A program made the translations under genes and the position numbers. Shown piece by piece: positions 1-7,022 of a DNA stretch of 64,000 nt (position 1 is its first letter; the number at the start of each line of letters is the position of its first letter). The notes beneath the pieces are model-generated. The model saw only the letters and a program-made list of their open reading frames with translations. It did not search any database and had not been told where the DNA came from. Source of the stretch: Patescibacteria group bacterium (lineage in GTDB: Bacteria > Patescibacteriota > Minisyncoccia > Phycocordibacterales > UBA9973); assembly GCA_040388575.1 (NCBI GenBank), contig JAZKBO010000006.1, forward strand, positions 43,250 to 107,249, written 5' to 3'.

Positions 1-44
1 TATAGACCTATAATAGCTAAAAATTAAGGGTTTTGCAAAAGATT

Positions 45-965
45 CTAGTATTTAGGTATAGGCTTGGCGTACAAGTTTGGATTGATAGTTTCGCTGAAGC
101 AATAGTGCCCGGCTGGGTGCGTCCATGATTCGTATCCAATTGGCCTCATATATATATTGGGTTTGGTAGCGGGCGGAGTTGCAGTGTTAAATTCTGCGCA
201 GACATCATATGTTTGAGCCCCAGTCTTTGTGTATTCGTAAGGCAGATTAGATTGAGGATCTACCGCGGGCACATAATAATCACTCGCTGTTGCCTCCTGC
301 AGGCTCGCTGGTAATGACCCGTGAGTAGCATAATATGATTCTAGGCTGCCCTTAATATTTGTTAAGTCATTTACCTTTTGTTCGTCATATTTCATCAGCC
401 TTTGACTGCGAGGTGAACCCAAGACGGCAAAACCCCAAACAATTGCTGCAATTGCTATAACCAAAGCAATTATTCTAAACATATTTCGGCTCTTAGCGGT
501 TAATTTATTTCGGGCATCAGCAAGGTAGTAATAGAATATCAGACCGACTATTATAAATAAGGCTAGGACTTTCAATAAAAATGCCGTAGTCACTTCCTGG
601 CCGTCAATAAAATAATAAAGAATTGTAATAAGATCGATGGCGAGGGTAATGCCGGCGAGGAATAGGGTAATATATGTGAGCCATTTATGGATACCAGAAT
701 TTTGTTTATCAGGATTTACTTTGTAATCCTTCTCCAGTAGCCACATGAGGAGGATATAGATCGGGAAGAAAATAATGATCGTAGCTACTGGCCAACTTAT
801 AGAGGTCGAGCCAAGAAAACTATAGCCATTATTAATTTGCGGATAGGCATTGTTGATAATGGTAAAAAGTAAATTTACTAAACTCACAACTGTAGTGTAT
901 AACGCAACGATAGCTCCTAGATTAATAAATATATCTTTTGCACTTGTTTTTGATTGTGGTTCCAT
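45..965 (-). CDS. Multi-pass membrane protein (about 5 predicted TM helices) with a C-terminal extracytoplasmic tail; function unknown.
   Basis: 306-aa ORF. The first ~180 aa contain repeated hydrophobic stretches (IVALYTTVVSLVNLLFTII, ATIIIFFPIYILLMWLL, ITLFLAGITLAIDLITILYYF, LALFIIVGLIFYYYL, IIALVIAIAAIVWGFAVL). The soluble C-terminus has a Cys pair. No recognisable catalytic motif. Confidence 0.5.
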   Translation of the reverse strand: MEPQSKTSAKDIFINLGAIVALYTTVVSLVNLLFTIINNAYPQINNGYSFLGSTSISWPVATIIIFFPIYILLMWLLEKDYKVNPDKQNSGIHKWLTYITLFLAGITLAIDLITILYYFIDGQEVTTAFLLKVLALFIIVGLIFYYYLADARNKLTAKSRNMFRIIALVIAIAAIVWGFAVLGSPRSQRLMKYDEQKVNDLTNIKGSLESYYATHGSLPASLQEATASDYYVPAVDPQSNLPYEYTKTGAQTYDVCAEFNTATPPATKPNIYMRPIGYESWTHPAGHYCFSETINPNLYAKPIPKY

Positions 966-1001
966 GACATATATTATATCATATAGGAAACACTCAACAA
1001 T

Positions 1002-1343
1002 ATGCGTAAGAAATTCGAAGATTTTTCAACAAAATTAACAAAATGGATTGGTTCACCCCAGTCCATTGTGCTACATACCATTTTCTTTATCGCAATGTTT
1101 TGCCTGCGATTTTTTGGTGTAAAGTCAGATGATATCTTGCTCATATTAACGACAGTTGTGTCGCTTGAGGCCATCTACCTCTCTATTTTTATTCAAATGA
1201 CGGTGAATAGACACACTGAGGAGCTTGAAGAAGTCTCTGAAGATATCGAAGAGATCCAAGAAGATGTGGAGGAAATTCAAGAAGACGTGGAGGGGATCCA
1301 GGAGGAAGTAGAAGATGAAGATATTGACGAAGATCCGGAATAA
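1002..1343 (+). CDS. Small DUF1003-like membrane protein with a C-terminal acidic tandem-repeat tail.
   Basis: 113-aa ORF. Two hydrophobic segments are followed by 'SLEAIYLSIFIQMTVNR', which resembles the DUF1003 core. The C-terminus carries EEIQEDV heptad repeats encoded by an imperfect 21-nt tandem repeat at about 1240..1320. Confidence 0.45.
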   Translation: MRKKFEDFSTKLTKWIGSPQSIVLHTIFFIAMFCLRFFGVKSDDILLILTTVVSLEAIYLSIFIQMTVNRHTEELEEVSEDIEEIQEDVEEIQEDVEGIQEEVEDEDIDEDPE

Positions 1344-1344
1344 A

Positions 1345-2232
1345 TTATTTCTTACCTTCAGAAATCCACAGCGCAGTATTAGCAAGAGGTATCAGCCTGC
1401 CTTTTGATTTTTCTTTAAGACACAACTCCCCTTGCTCAATATTGCCTGCAAAACTTTTCATGGTTTCCTCTAGTGCATAACCGAGAGAAAGTGACGAAGC
1501 ATCGATGGCGTATGAAGTAACAATTACAAATAGTGGATCAGGGTTAAGAACTTTTTTTACAGCTTCCAAGAGCTTGGGCAAATCTTCCTCAATCTTCCAG
1601 GTTTCCCCTTTTGGCCCGCGGCCGAACTTGGGCGGATCCATAATAATTGCATCATATTTATTACCGCGCTTTTCCTCTCGAGCTAAAAATTTCAAAACAT
1701 CATCCTCTATCACACGCATTCCAGTAAGTCCCGATAATTTCTCATTTTCTTTAGCCCAATCTAGGGACTGTTTCGAGGCATCTAGGTGCGTAACTTCCGC
1801 ACCAGCACGCAGCGCAAATAAACTGGCTATGCCAGTGTAGCCGAATAGATTTAAAAATTTAATGGGTCTGTTAGAACTTTTTATTTTGTCTTCAATAAAA
1901 TCCCAGTGCGCGGCTTGCTCTGGAAAAAATCCAAAATGTCGAAATGGCGTCGGTTGCGCTAAAAATTTAATACCATTGTATTCCATAGACCATTTCCCTT
2001 CAATTTTATTCTTCATTTGCCAGCCTGCCTTCTCTCCGCCTTTTGAACTAGCAAATCTGCCGTCAGCATCAGCCCAGTCTTTTTTACCAAGAGTTCTAGG
2101 CCAGACTGAGCCCTCATAAGGACGCACAAATTTATACGGGCCAACACGCTCCAGCTTCTCTCCATCACCTGTATCTAGGAGTTCGTAATCACCGAGGTCG
2201 TCTTCATAAAAAATTTTAATTTGGATATTCAT
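1345..2232 (-). CDS. Class I SAM-dependent RNA methyltransferase, RlmI/RlmK-like (PF10672-type).
   Basis: 295 aa. SAM-binding motif I-like 'LNLFGYTGIASLFALRAGAEVTHLDAS' and the catalytic 'IIMDPPKFG' (DPPxF) motif typical of RlmI/RlmK/YccW-type rRNA methyltransferases. Confidence 0.6.
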   Translation of the reverse strand: MNIQIKIFYEDDLGDYELLDTGDGEKLERVGPYKFVRPYEGSVWPRTLGKKDWADADGRFASSKGGEKAGWQMKNKIEGKWSMEYNGIKFLAQPTPFRHFGFFPEQAAHWDFIEDKIKSSNRPIKFLNLFGYTGIASLFALRAGAEVTHLDASKQSLDWAKENEKLSGLTGMRVIEDDVLKFLAREEKRGNKYDAIIMDPPKFGRGPKGETWKIEEDLPKLLEAVKKVLNPDPLFVIVTSYAIDASSLSLGYALEETMKSFAGNIEQGELCLKEKSKGRLIPLANTALWISEGKK

Positions 2233-2282
2233 TGTGTTTAGTATAGCAATTTTCGACTATAAAGTTGAGGTATAAAAATATT

Positions 2283-2312
2283 CAGCTCGGGTGCCGTGAG
2301 GCGCCCGAGCTG
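2283..2312 (-). terminator. GC-rich hairpin with a 12-bp stem (one G-U pair) and 6-nt loop, followed on the minus strand by a U-rich tract. Putative intrinsic terminator downstream of pyrF.
   Basis: cagctcgggtgc-cgtgag-gcgcccgagctg. On the minus-strand transcript the stem is followed by AAUAUUUUUAUAC. The site is 35 nt downstream of the pyrF stop and at the left GC-content boundary. Confidence 0.6.
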
Positions 2313-2346
2313 GGTAGATAGACGAATGAACGATAGTAACTGCGAA

Positions 2347-3063
2347 CTACGACGACGGATCGGCTTCCTCGGCCATGGCCTCGAAAGCCGCAACCGGATC
2401 TTCGGCATTCGTGAGCTGGCTGGCGCCGACGAGTTCATCCGCGCCGTCGGCAACCGCTTGAGCGGGGGTGCCAGAACGCTTCTGCTGGCCGAATGCAACG
2501 CCTACCGAACGAGTGCCGGGTACGGCGAACCTCATGCCGGGCAGATCCGCTGACTGCTTGAGCATCTTCACTTCCTGCGCAGAGCAGACGACGGTGCGCA
2601 CGCCGGCCTCGTGAGCCATCAACGCGAAATCGTGAACGATTTGCAGACGCGTACGATCATTGCCGTAACTGCGCGCGATTTCAGCATCATCGAGCGAGGT
2701 GAGCACGGTGACGGCGTAGATTTCAGCCAACTGTTCACCAGTAGTGCTGAAAGTTGCGTCGACCGCTGCCTTCATCATCGCAACGCCACCAGAGGCGTGC
2801 ACAGTGATGATCTTGGCGCCGTTCCTAACGAGCGCCTTGACCCGCAGTGCCACAGTTCCCGTGGTGTCGTGAAGTTTATAGTCGACCCACGGCACCTCGA
2901 TTCCCGCGTTCACCAAGTCACGGATGATGCTTGGGCCGTAACTGTCGAGCAGGTCGTGGAGCTTCACTGCCCGAAGCCACTGCCCGAGCCTTCTTGCAAG
3001 GTTAAGCGCTCGTCCTCGTGAAAGGCCGTCGAGCGCCAAGACGATTCTTTTCATTCGACTCAT
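2347..3063 (-). CDS. pyrF: Orotidine 5'-phosphate decarboxylase.
   Basis: 'RIVLALDGL', 'VKLHDLL' and 'VDYKLHDTTGT' match the ODCase signature DxKxxDIxxT. The start is placed at Met18 of the six-frame ORF (MSRMKRIV) because an AAGGAG Shine-Dalgarno sits 6 nt upstream. The gene lies in the high-GC segment, 20 nt downstream of the pyrE-like stop. Confidence 0.8.
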   Translation of the reverse strand: MSRMKRIVLALDGLSRGRALNLARRLGQWLRAVKLHDLLDSYGPSIIRDLVNAGIEVPWVDYKLHDTTGTVALRVKALVRNGAKIITVHASGGVAMMKAAVDATFSTTGEQLAEIYAVTVLTSLDDAEIARSYGNDRTRLQIVHDFALMAHEAGVRTVVCSAQEVKMLKQSADLPGMRFAVPGTRSVGVAFGQQKRSGTPAQAVADGADELVGASQLTNAEDPVAAFEAMAEEADPSS

Positions 3064-3083
3064 GTTGTTCTCCTTATCTCGGG

Positions 3084-3809
3084 TTAAAGACGATAGGCTT
3101 CCATGAGCGCGCACAGGCGCGGCCAGTTCTTCTTCACTTCGAACTCGACCCTTCCGGCGGCGACGTCCGCCGCTACTGCAGGATCATCCTGTTCGTACTC
3201 CGGATACGCCTGCCGAATGGAGGCAACGACAGGCAGGCCCTTGTAGTTCGTGTCATAGATCGGCGAGCGATTGAGCGCGCCGACCAGGAGCACGACGTTG
3301 GCACCACTCGCGGCGATTTCCGCCAGGGTGTTGTCCGTGTTCTGGAAGTTGTTGTAGACATCTTCCGCGATGGCGACGCGTTCACCCTTCTCGAATTCGA
3401 AGCGCGAGAGGTCCCAGGTGTATTCCTGTTTCTTGCCCGGTTCCGTCGGCTTCGGCTTCTTGTCGGCATACACGAACCGGGCGTCGACAACACGTGCGAG
3501 CTCCTGACCGAACGTCCGGCCACCGTGCGGAATACCGCAGATGGTGTCGAACGTATGGAGGAGATCCTCCCGCTGAAGTTTGTGGTGCACCGCCCTCGCA
3601 AACGCCTGGACAACAAAAGGGTGCGGTTCGATCTTGGCGAAGTTGAAGTAAATGTCCCCCACCAGGTTCCGCCCTTTGCCATCCTTGCCGGCGTAGGCGA
3701 CGAGGTCGCCCTTACGCACATCCCCAAGCTTGGGGCAGACGTAAACTGCGTTGCAGTGCTTACCCAGATCAAGGAGACTCTCCCCCGATTCTGGAACAAT
3801 GGTACTCAT
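3084..3809 (-). CDS. pyrE: Phosphoribosyltransferase-fold protein, putative (divergent) orotate phosphoribosyltransferase.
   Basis: 241 aa, immediately upstream of pyrF and in the same high-GC block. 'ICGIPHGGRTFGQELAR' resembles the PRTase flexible-loop region. 'GERVAIAEDVYNNFQNTDNTLAEIAASGANVVLLVGALNRS' has the PRPP-binding-motif architecture, but the acidic residues are atypical. An AAGGA Shine-Dalgarno sits 8 nt upstream of the ATG. Confidence 0.5.
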   Translation of the reverse strand: MSTIVPESGESLLDLGKHCNAVYVCPKLGDVRKGDLVAYAGKDGKGRNLVGDIYFNFAKIEPHPFVVQAFARAVHHKLQREDLLHTFDTICGIPHGGRTFGQELARVVDARFVYADKKPKPTEPGKKQEYTWDLSRFEFEKGERVAIAEDVYNNFQNTDNTLAEIAASGANVVLLVGALNRSPIYDTNYKGLPVVASIRQAYPEYEQDDPAVAADVAAGRVEFEVKKNWPRLCALMEAYRL

Positions 3810-3931
3810 GATTAGTCCTTTTCAATGTTCAAATTCATGCGCTTTAAGCCCCGCAGTTAGGCCGCCGATACTATCGGCTCTGCCGGTAGACTATCGCAAA
3901 ATTCATTTATAGTAAAGTATGAAAATTAGTT

Positions 3932-3961
3932 CAGCCCCGACACTTAAGTGTGTCGGGGCTG
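3932..3961 (-). terminator. Perfect 12-bp GC-rich hairpin with a 6-nt loop between pyrD and the pyrE-like gene. Putative terminator or attenuator.
   Basis: cagccccgacac-ttaagt-gtgtcggggctg. T/U-rich sequence follows on both strands (tgtgttttcttg on plus, AACUAAUUUUC on minus). Located 31 nt downstream of the pyrD stop. Confidence 0.55.
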
Positions 3962-3991
3962 TGTGTTTTCTTGATCCTTTATACGTCGCGA

Positions 3992-4912
3992 TTAGGCGAC
4001 GCCGAGAGTTTCCCGATAGTTCCTCTCCTTGACGATGGAGGTTGGCTTCCATGGAGTGCGCAAGTGGATTGCGCCGAAGCTGACGGCCTTGGCGCCGAGG
4101 TCGTAGGCCCGGGCGACGTCATCGTATTCCATGATCGACGGAGCGATGACAGGAAGTGCTCCAAGACACGAGAGCTTAAAGACGGCAGCCCAATTCAACA
4201 TCTGCGCCGGCTTGCCGGAAACGCCACCACCACCGGTACCTTCCTTACCGATTTTGGCAAGTGGGCTCTCGGTGCCGTCTGGAAATGCGAGTTTCCATGG
4301 CACACTGTTGAGCGAAATAGCTTCCGCTATCCCCTTGAGTCCTTCCGCAATTGCAAGGTAGTCCTGGTCGACGGAGACCTTCACGATCACCGGCAAGTTC
4401 GTCATCGCCTTGACCGCCTTCACGCTCCGAATGATCGTTGCTGTCTGCGTCGCATGATCCGTATTTGGGCACGAGACGTTGACCTCGATCGCAACGAAGT
4501 CAAAGCCATTCAGCCTCTTTGTCATAATCACCAGATGCTCTTCGGTGCCAAAGATAGAGGCGGCGAGTTTAACTTTCTTGAAGTCAAGCTTCGGCCCGAC
4601 TTCCTTGCACCACCATTCGTAGCCGGGGTTGTAGAGCCCGACTTTGTTGGCGGCGCCGCCGTTTGGCAGCAACCGCACGCACGAACGCGGACTGAAGGGT
4701 AACCACGTCCATGGACGAATCCAGGAGAGGTTGCTCACCGGGTAAAGCCGGGGCTCGAACGTCAGCGTCCGGATGAAGTTGGTAAAGAGCTTGGGATCAA
4801 TGAAACCCAGCCACACGAGTAGCCACTCCCACCACCAACCCTTACCGCGGAAACCCAGCGATCCGCTTGCGGTCACATTCTCGAGTTCATGCCCATTGGA
4901 CAACGGAATCAT
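3992..4912 (-). CDS. pyrD: Dihydroorotate dehydrogenase.
   Basis: Signature 'IEVNVSCPNT' (DHOD active-site motif), 'GGGGVSGKP', and the C-terminal FMN-binding 'VIAPSIMEYDDVARAYDLGAKAVSFGAIHL'. A strong Shine-Dalgarno (AAAGGGGAG) sits 7 nt upstream. Lies in the high-GC segment. The Trp-rich N-terminal ~40 aa are unusual. Confidence 0.75.
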   Translation of the reverse strand: MIPLSNGHELENVTASGSLGFRGKGWWWEWLLVWLGFIDPKLFTNFIRTLTFEPRLYPVSNLSWIRPWTWLPFSPRSCVRLLPNGGAANKVGLYNPGYEWWCKEVGPKLDFKKVKLAASIFGTEEHLVIMTKRLNGFDFVAIEVNVSCPNTDHATQTATIIRSVKAVKAMTNLPVIVKVSVDQDYLAIAEGLKGIAEAISLNSVPWKLAFPDGTESPLAKIGKEGTGGGGVSGKPAQMLNWAAVFKLSCLGALPVIAPSIMEYDDVARAYDLGAKAVSFGAIHLRTPWKPTSIVKERNYRETLGVA

Positions 4913-5013
4913 AGAAACTCCCCTTTCGACGAGCTAGGATTTGCCGCGACGCGGCTCCAAAGATAGACTAATCAACTTTAGCCTTAAAGGCAAATTGAAA
5001 AATCAGTAAGAAT

Positions 5014-5832
5014 TTAGATTAAAAATTCCACGACATCGCCGTCCTGCACAATATATTCTTTACCTTCAGTACGGACCCAACCTTTTTCACGAGCTTTGGC
5101 ATATGAGCCGGCTTCAAGCAACTTTTCATATTCGATCACCTCTGCACGAATAAACTTTTCTTTAAAGTCATTGTGGATGGCGCGGCCGGCCTCGGGTGCT
5201 GTGCTGCCACGCTTGGTGGTCCAAGCCCGAGTTTCATCCTCACCGGTAGTTAGAAATGTAATTAATCCCAGGAGGTCATAGCCAGCTTGGATAAGATTAT
5301 CTAGGCCAGTACCAAAAACTGGATCCACTTCAATATGCGGACCAGGGAGTTTGCTGATGAAATCAATTTTGGTACTTTCGGCAGCTTCGGATTTATTCAG
5401 TACATATACTGTAGGCTTTTTAATCCCCGCTTGTTCAAGCTCAAAATTTATTACTTCAATATCAAAAAGCGGATCCACTTTATCATGCACGTGGATAGTA
5501 TTGGAATCTTCAAAAATTCGCACCACTTCAATGATGGCGTCCACCTCACGAATATGGGATAGGAATTTATTACCGAGCCCAGCCCCCTCGCTCGCCCCCT
5601 TTACCAAGCCTGCAATATCTACGAACTCCACCACTGCTGGGATAACCTTTTTGGATTTACTCATAGCAGCAAGCTTATCGAGCCGTTCGTCCGGCACGGG
5701 CACAATACCTACTGATGGATCAATAGTACAGAATGGATAATTCTCCGCCGGTACGCCCTTCTTGGTCAGCGCATTAAAAAGCGTGGACTTCCCCACATTC
5801 GGCAGGCCTACAATGCCAATCTTTAAAGACAT
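5014..5832 (-). CDS. ychF: Ribosome-associated Obg-like ATPase YchF, a minimal form lacking the coiled-coil or helical insertion domain.
   Basis: G1 'GIVGLPNVGKSTLFNALT', G3 'DIAGLVKGASEGAGLGNKFL' and G4 'NKSE' are present. The C-terminal TGS domain ends in the conserved 'GDVVEF' found in YchF/OLA1. The protein is only 272 aa versus about 363 aa for canonical YchF. Confidence 0.85.
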   Translation of the reverse strand: MSLKIGIVGLPNVGKSTLFNALTKKGVPAENYPFCTIDPSVGIVPVPDERLDKLAAMSKSKKVIPAVVEFVDIAGLVKGASEGAGLGNKFLSHIREVDAIIEVVRIFEDSNTIHVHDKVDPLFDIEVINFELEQAGIKKPTVYVLNKSEAAESTKIDFISKLPGPHIEVDPVFGTGLDNLIQAGYDLLGLITFLTTGEDETRAWTTKRGSTAPEAGRAIHNDFKEKFIRAEVIEYEKLLEAGSYAKAREKGWVRTEGKEYIVQDGDVVEFLI

Positions 5833-5869
5833 AGTAAAAATATAGCAGAACTTTCAGCCAAAGTCATTA

Positions 5870-6379
5870 TTAATGCTTATATAAAATTTTGAGCTTTTCC
5901 ATACCGCGATGAACTTGAACTGCGAGAGTATTCTTCGATAGTCCAGTTATCAGCGACATTTCTTTCAGGGTAAGCTCCTGCACATACTTCATCCGCATTA
6001 TTTTTCTATATGCTACGGGAAGTTGTTCGATTAAGATAATGGCGGACTTGCCGTCTAAAAGATTTATTAAATCACTGGTATTAACGACTTTTGGTTCAAA
6101 GCCTTTTTCGATAAGAGAGTCGAGCGATGTTGATTTTTTCTTTCTATATTCGTCAACAATTAAATTATTTAAAATGTGGTAGAGGAAGGCCTTCATTATA
6201 TCAATCTTTCCACCCTTCACTAGATAAACCCAGGTTTTCATGAAAGTTTGCTGGACCAAGTCTTCACCAGTTTCGTGGTTGCTCACCTTAAAATAAGCCC
6301 GAGCATTTAGACCCTTTTCAAAGTCCCCATGGGCTGACGCGAGCCGCGCCTGTAGCGCTATTGTTTGTTTAAGAGTCAT
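5870..6379 (-). CDS. ECF-type RNA polymerase sigma factor (sigma-70 family, regions 2 and 4).
   Basis: 169 aa. Region 2-like 'EDLVQQTFMKTWVYL' and a region 4 helix-turn-helix 'ELTLKEMSLITGLSKNTLAVQVHRGMEKLK'. Confidence 0.75.
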   Translation of the reverse strand: MTLKQTIALQARLASAHGDFEKGLNARAYFKVSNHETGEDLVQQTFMKTWVYLVKGGKIDIMKAFLYHILNNLIVDEYRKKKSTSLDSLIEKGFEPKVVNTSDLINLLDGKSAIILIEQLPVAYRKIMRMKYVQELTLKEMSLITGLSKNTLAVQVHRGMEKLKILYKH

Positions 6380-6461
6380 AATATACTACTAACTAACCTT
6401 AACACTAACGGGGGTATATAGCGAACGGTAATAATTTTTAACCCCTTACGGCTACCTAAAT

Positions 6462-7022
6462 ATGAAACAAAACAAAAATGTCGTAGGGGCAGACTTTTTC
6501 GCGCGTTTATGGGAGGAAAGCTGGACATATATTAAAACTGTAGTGGACGTGGTGCACGAGCCAATACTCATTCTAGATAAGAACCTTATGGTGATGGCTG
6601 CAAATGAATCCTTCTACCAGAAGTTTCAAGTAGAAGCTAAAGACACGGAAAAGAAGGTAGTCTACGAACTTGGCAATGGTCAATGGAATATTCCTGCCCT
6701 GCGGAAGCTGCTGGAAGATATTCTGCCGAAAAATACTTTTTTTAAGGGTTTTGAGGTGATACATGAATTCCCTTTTATCGGTGAAAAGATCATGATTTTA
6801 AATGCCCGACAAATTCATACCAAGGATGACACTGCGGCAAAATTATTCCCGCCTATTATACTCCTGGCAATTGAAGATGTAACCGAGATGATGGAAGTAG
6901 CTAAAACTCTCGCCAATCATACCAGTCAATTCCAAAGTAAACTTACCCAGCGCACAGAAAAACTAGAATCCCATATTGGAAAACTAGAAAAAGAGATAAA
7001 TCTACTCAAGAAAAAAATTTAA
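6462..7022 (+). CDS. PAS-domain protein with a C-terminal coiled-coil. Possible sensor or partner of the divergently transcribed ECF sigma factor.
   Basis: 186 aa. 'VHEPILILDKNLMVMAANESFYQKF...EKKVVYEL...IMILNARQIH' fits a PAS fold. The C-terminus carries the heptad repeat 'KLESHIGKLEKEINLLKKKI'. No transmembrane segment. Confidence 0.55.
   Translation: MKQNKNVVGADFFARLWEESWTYIKTVVDVVHEPILILDKNLMVMAANESFYQKFQVEAKDTEKKVVYELGNGQWNIPALRKLLEDILPKNTFFKGFEVIHEFPFIGEKIMILNARQIHTKDDTAAKLFPPIILLAIEDVTEMMEVAKTLANHTSQFQSKLTQRTEKLESHIGKLEKEINLLKKKI

Noticed and set aside
3018-3815. 265-aa plus-strand ORF and a 208-aa alternative-frame minus ORF (3173..3799) overlapping the pyrE-like gene. Also 2611..3021 (+) overlapping pyrF, and 3950..4702 (+) and 4245..4472 (-) overlapping pyrD.
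   Set aside because: High GC suppresses stop codons in all frames. The annotated frames carry the recognisable enzyme motifs and Shine-Dalgarno sites. The others are Arg/Ser/Pro-rich nonsense.
2232-4960. Possibility that the high-GC block is a mis-binned contaminant or chimeric join.
   Set aside because: It cannot be excluded without reads. Both GC transitions fall exactly in intergenic spacers with intact flanking genes and terminators, which fits a real insertion better, so it is kept as a finding rather than discarded.
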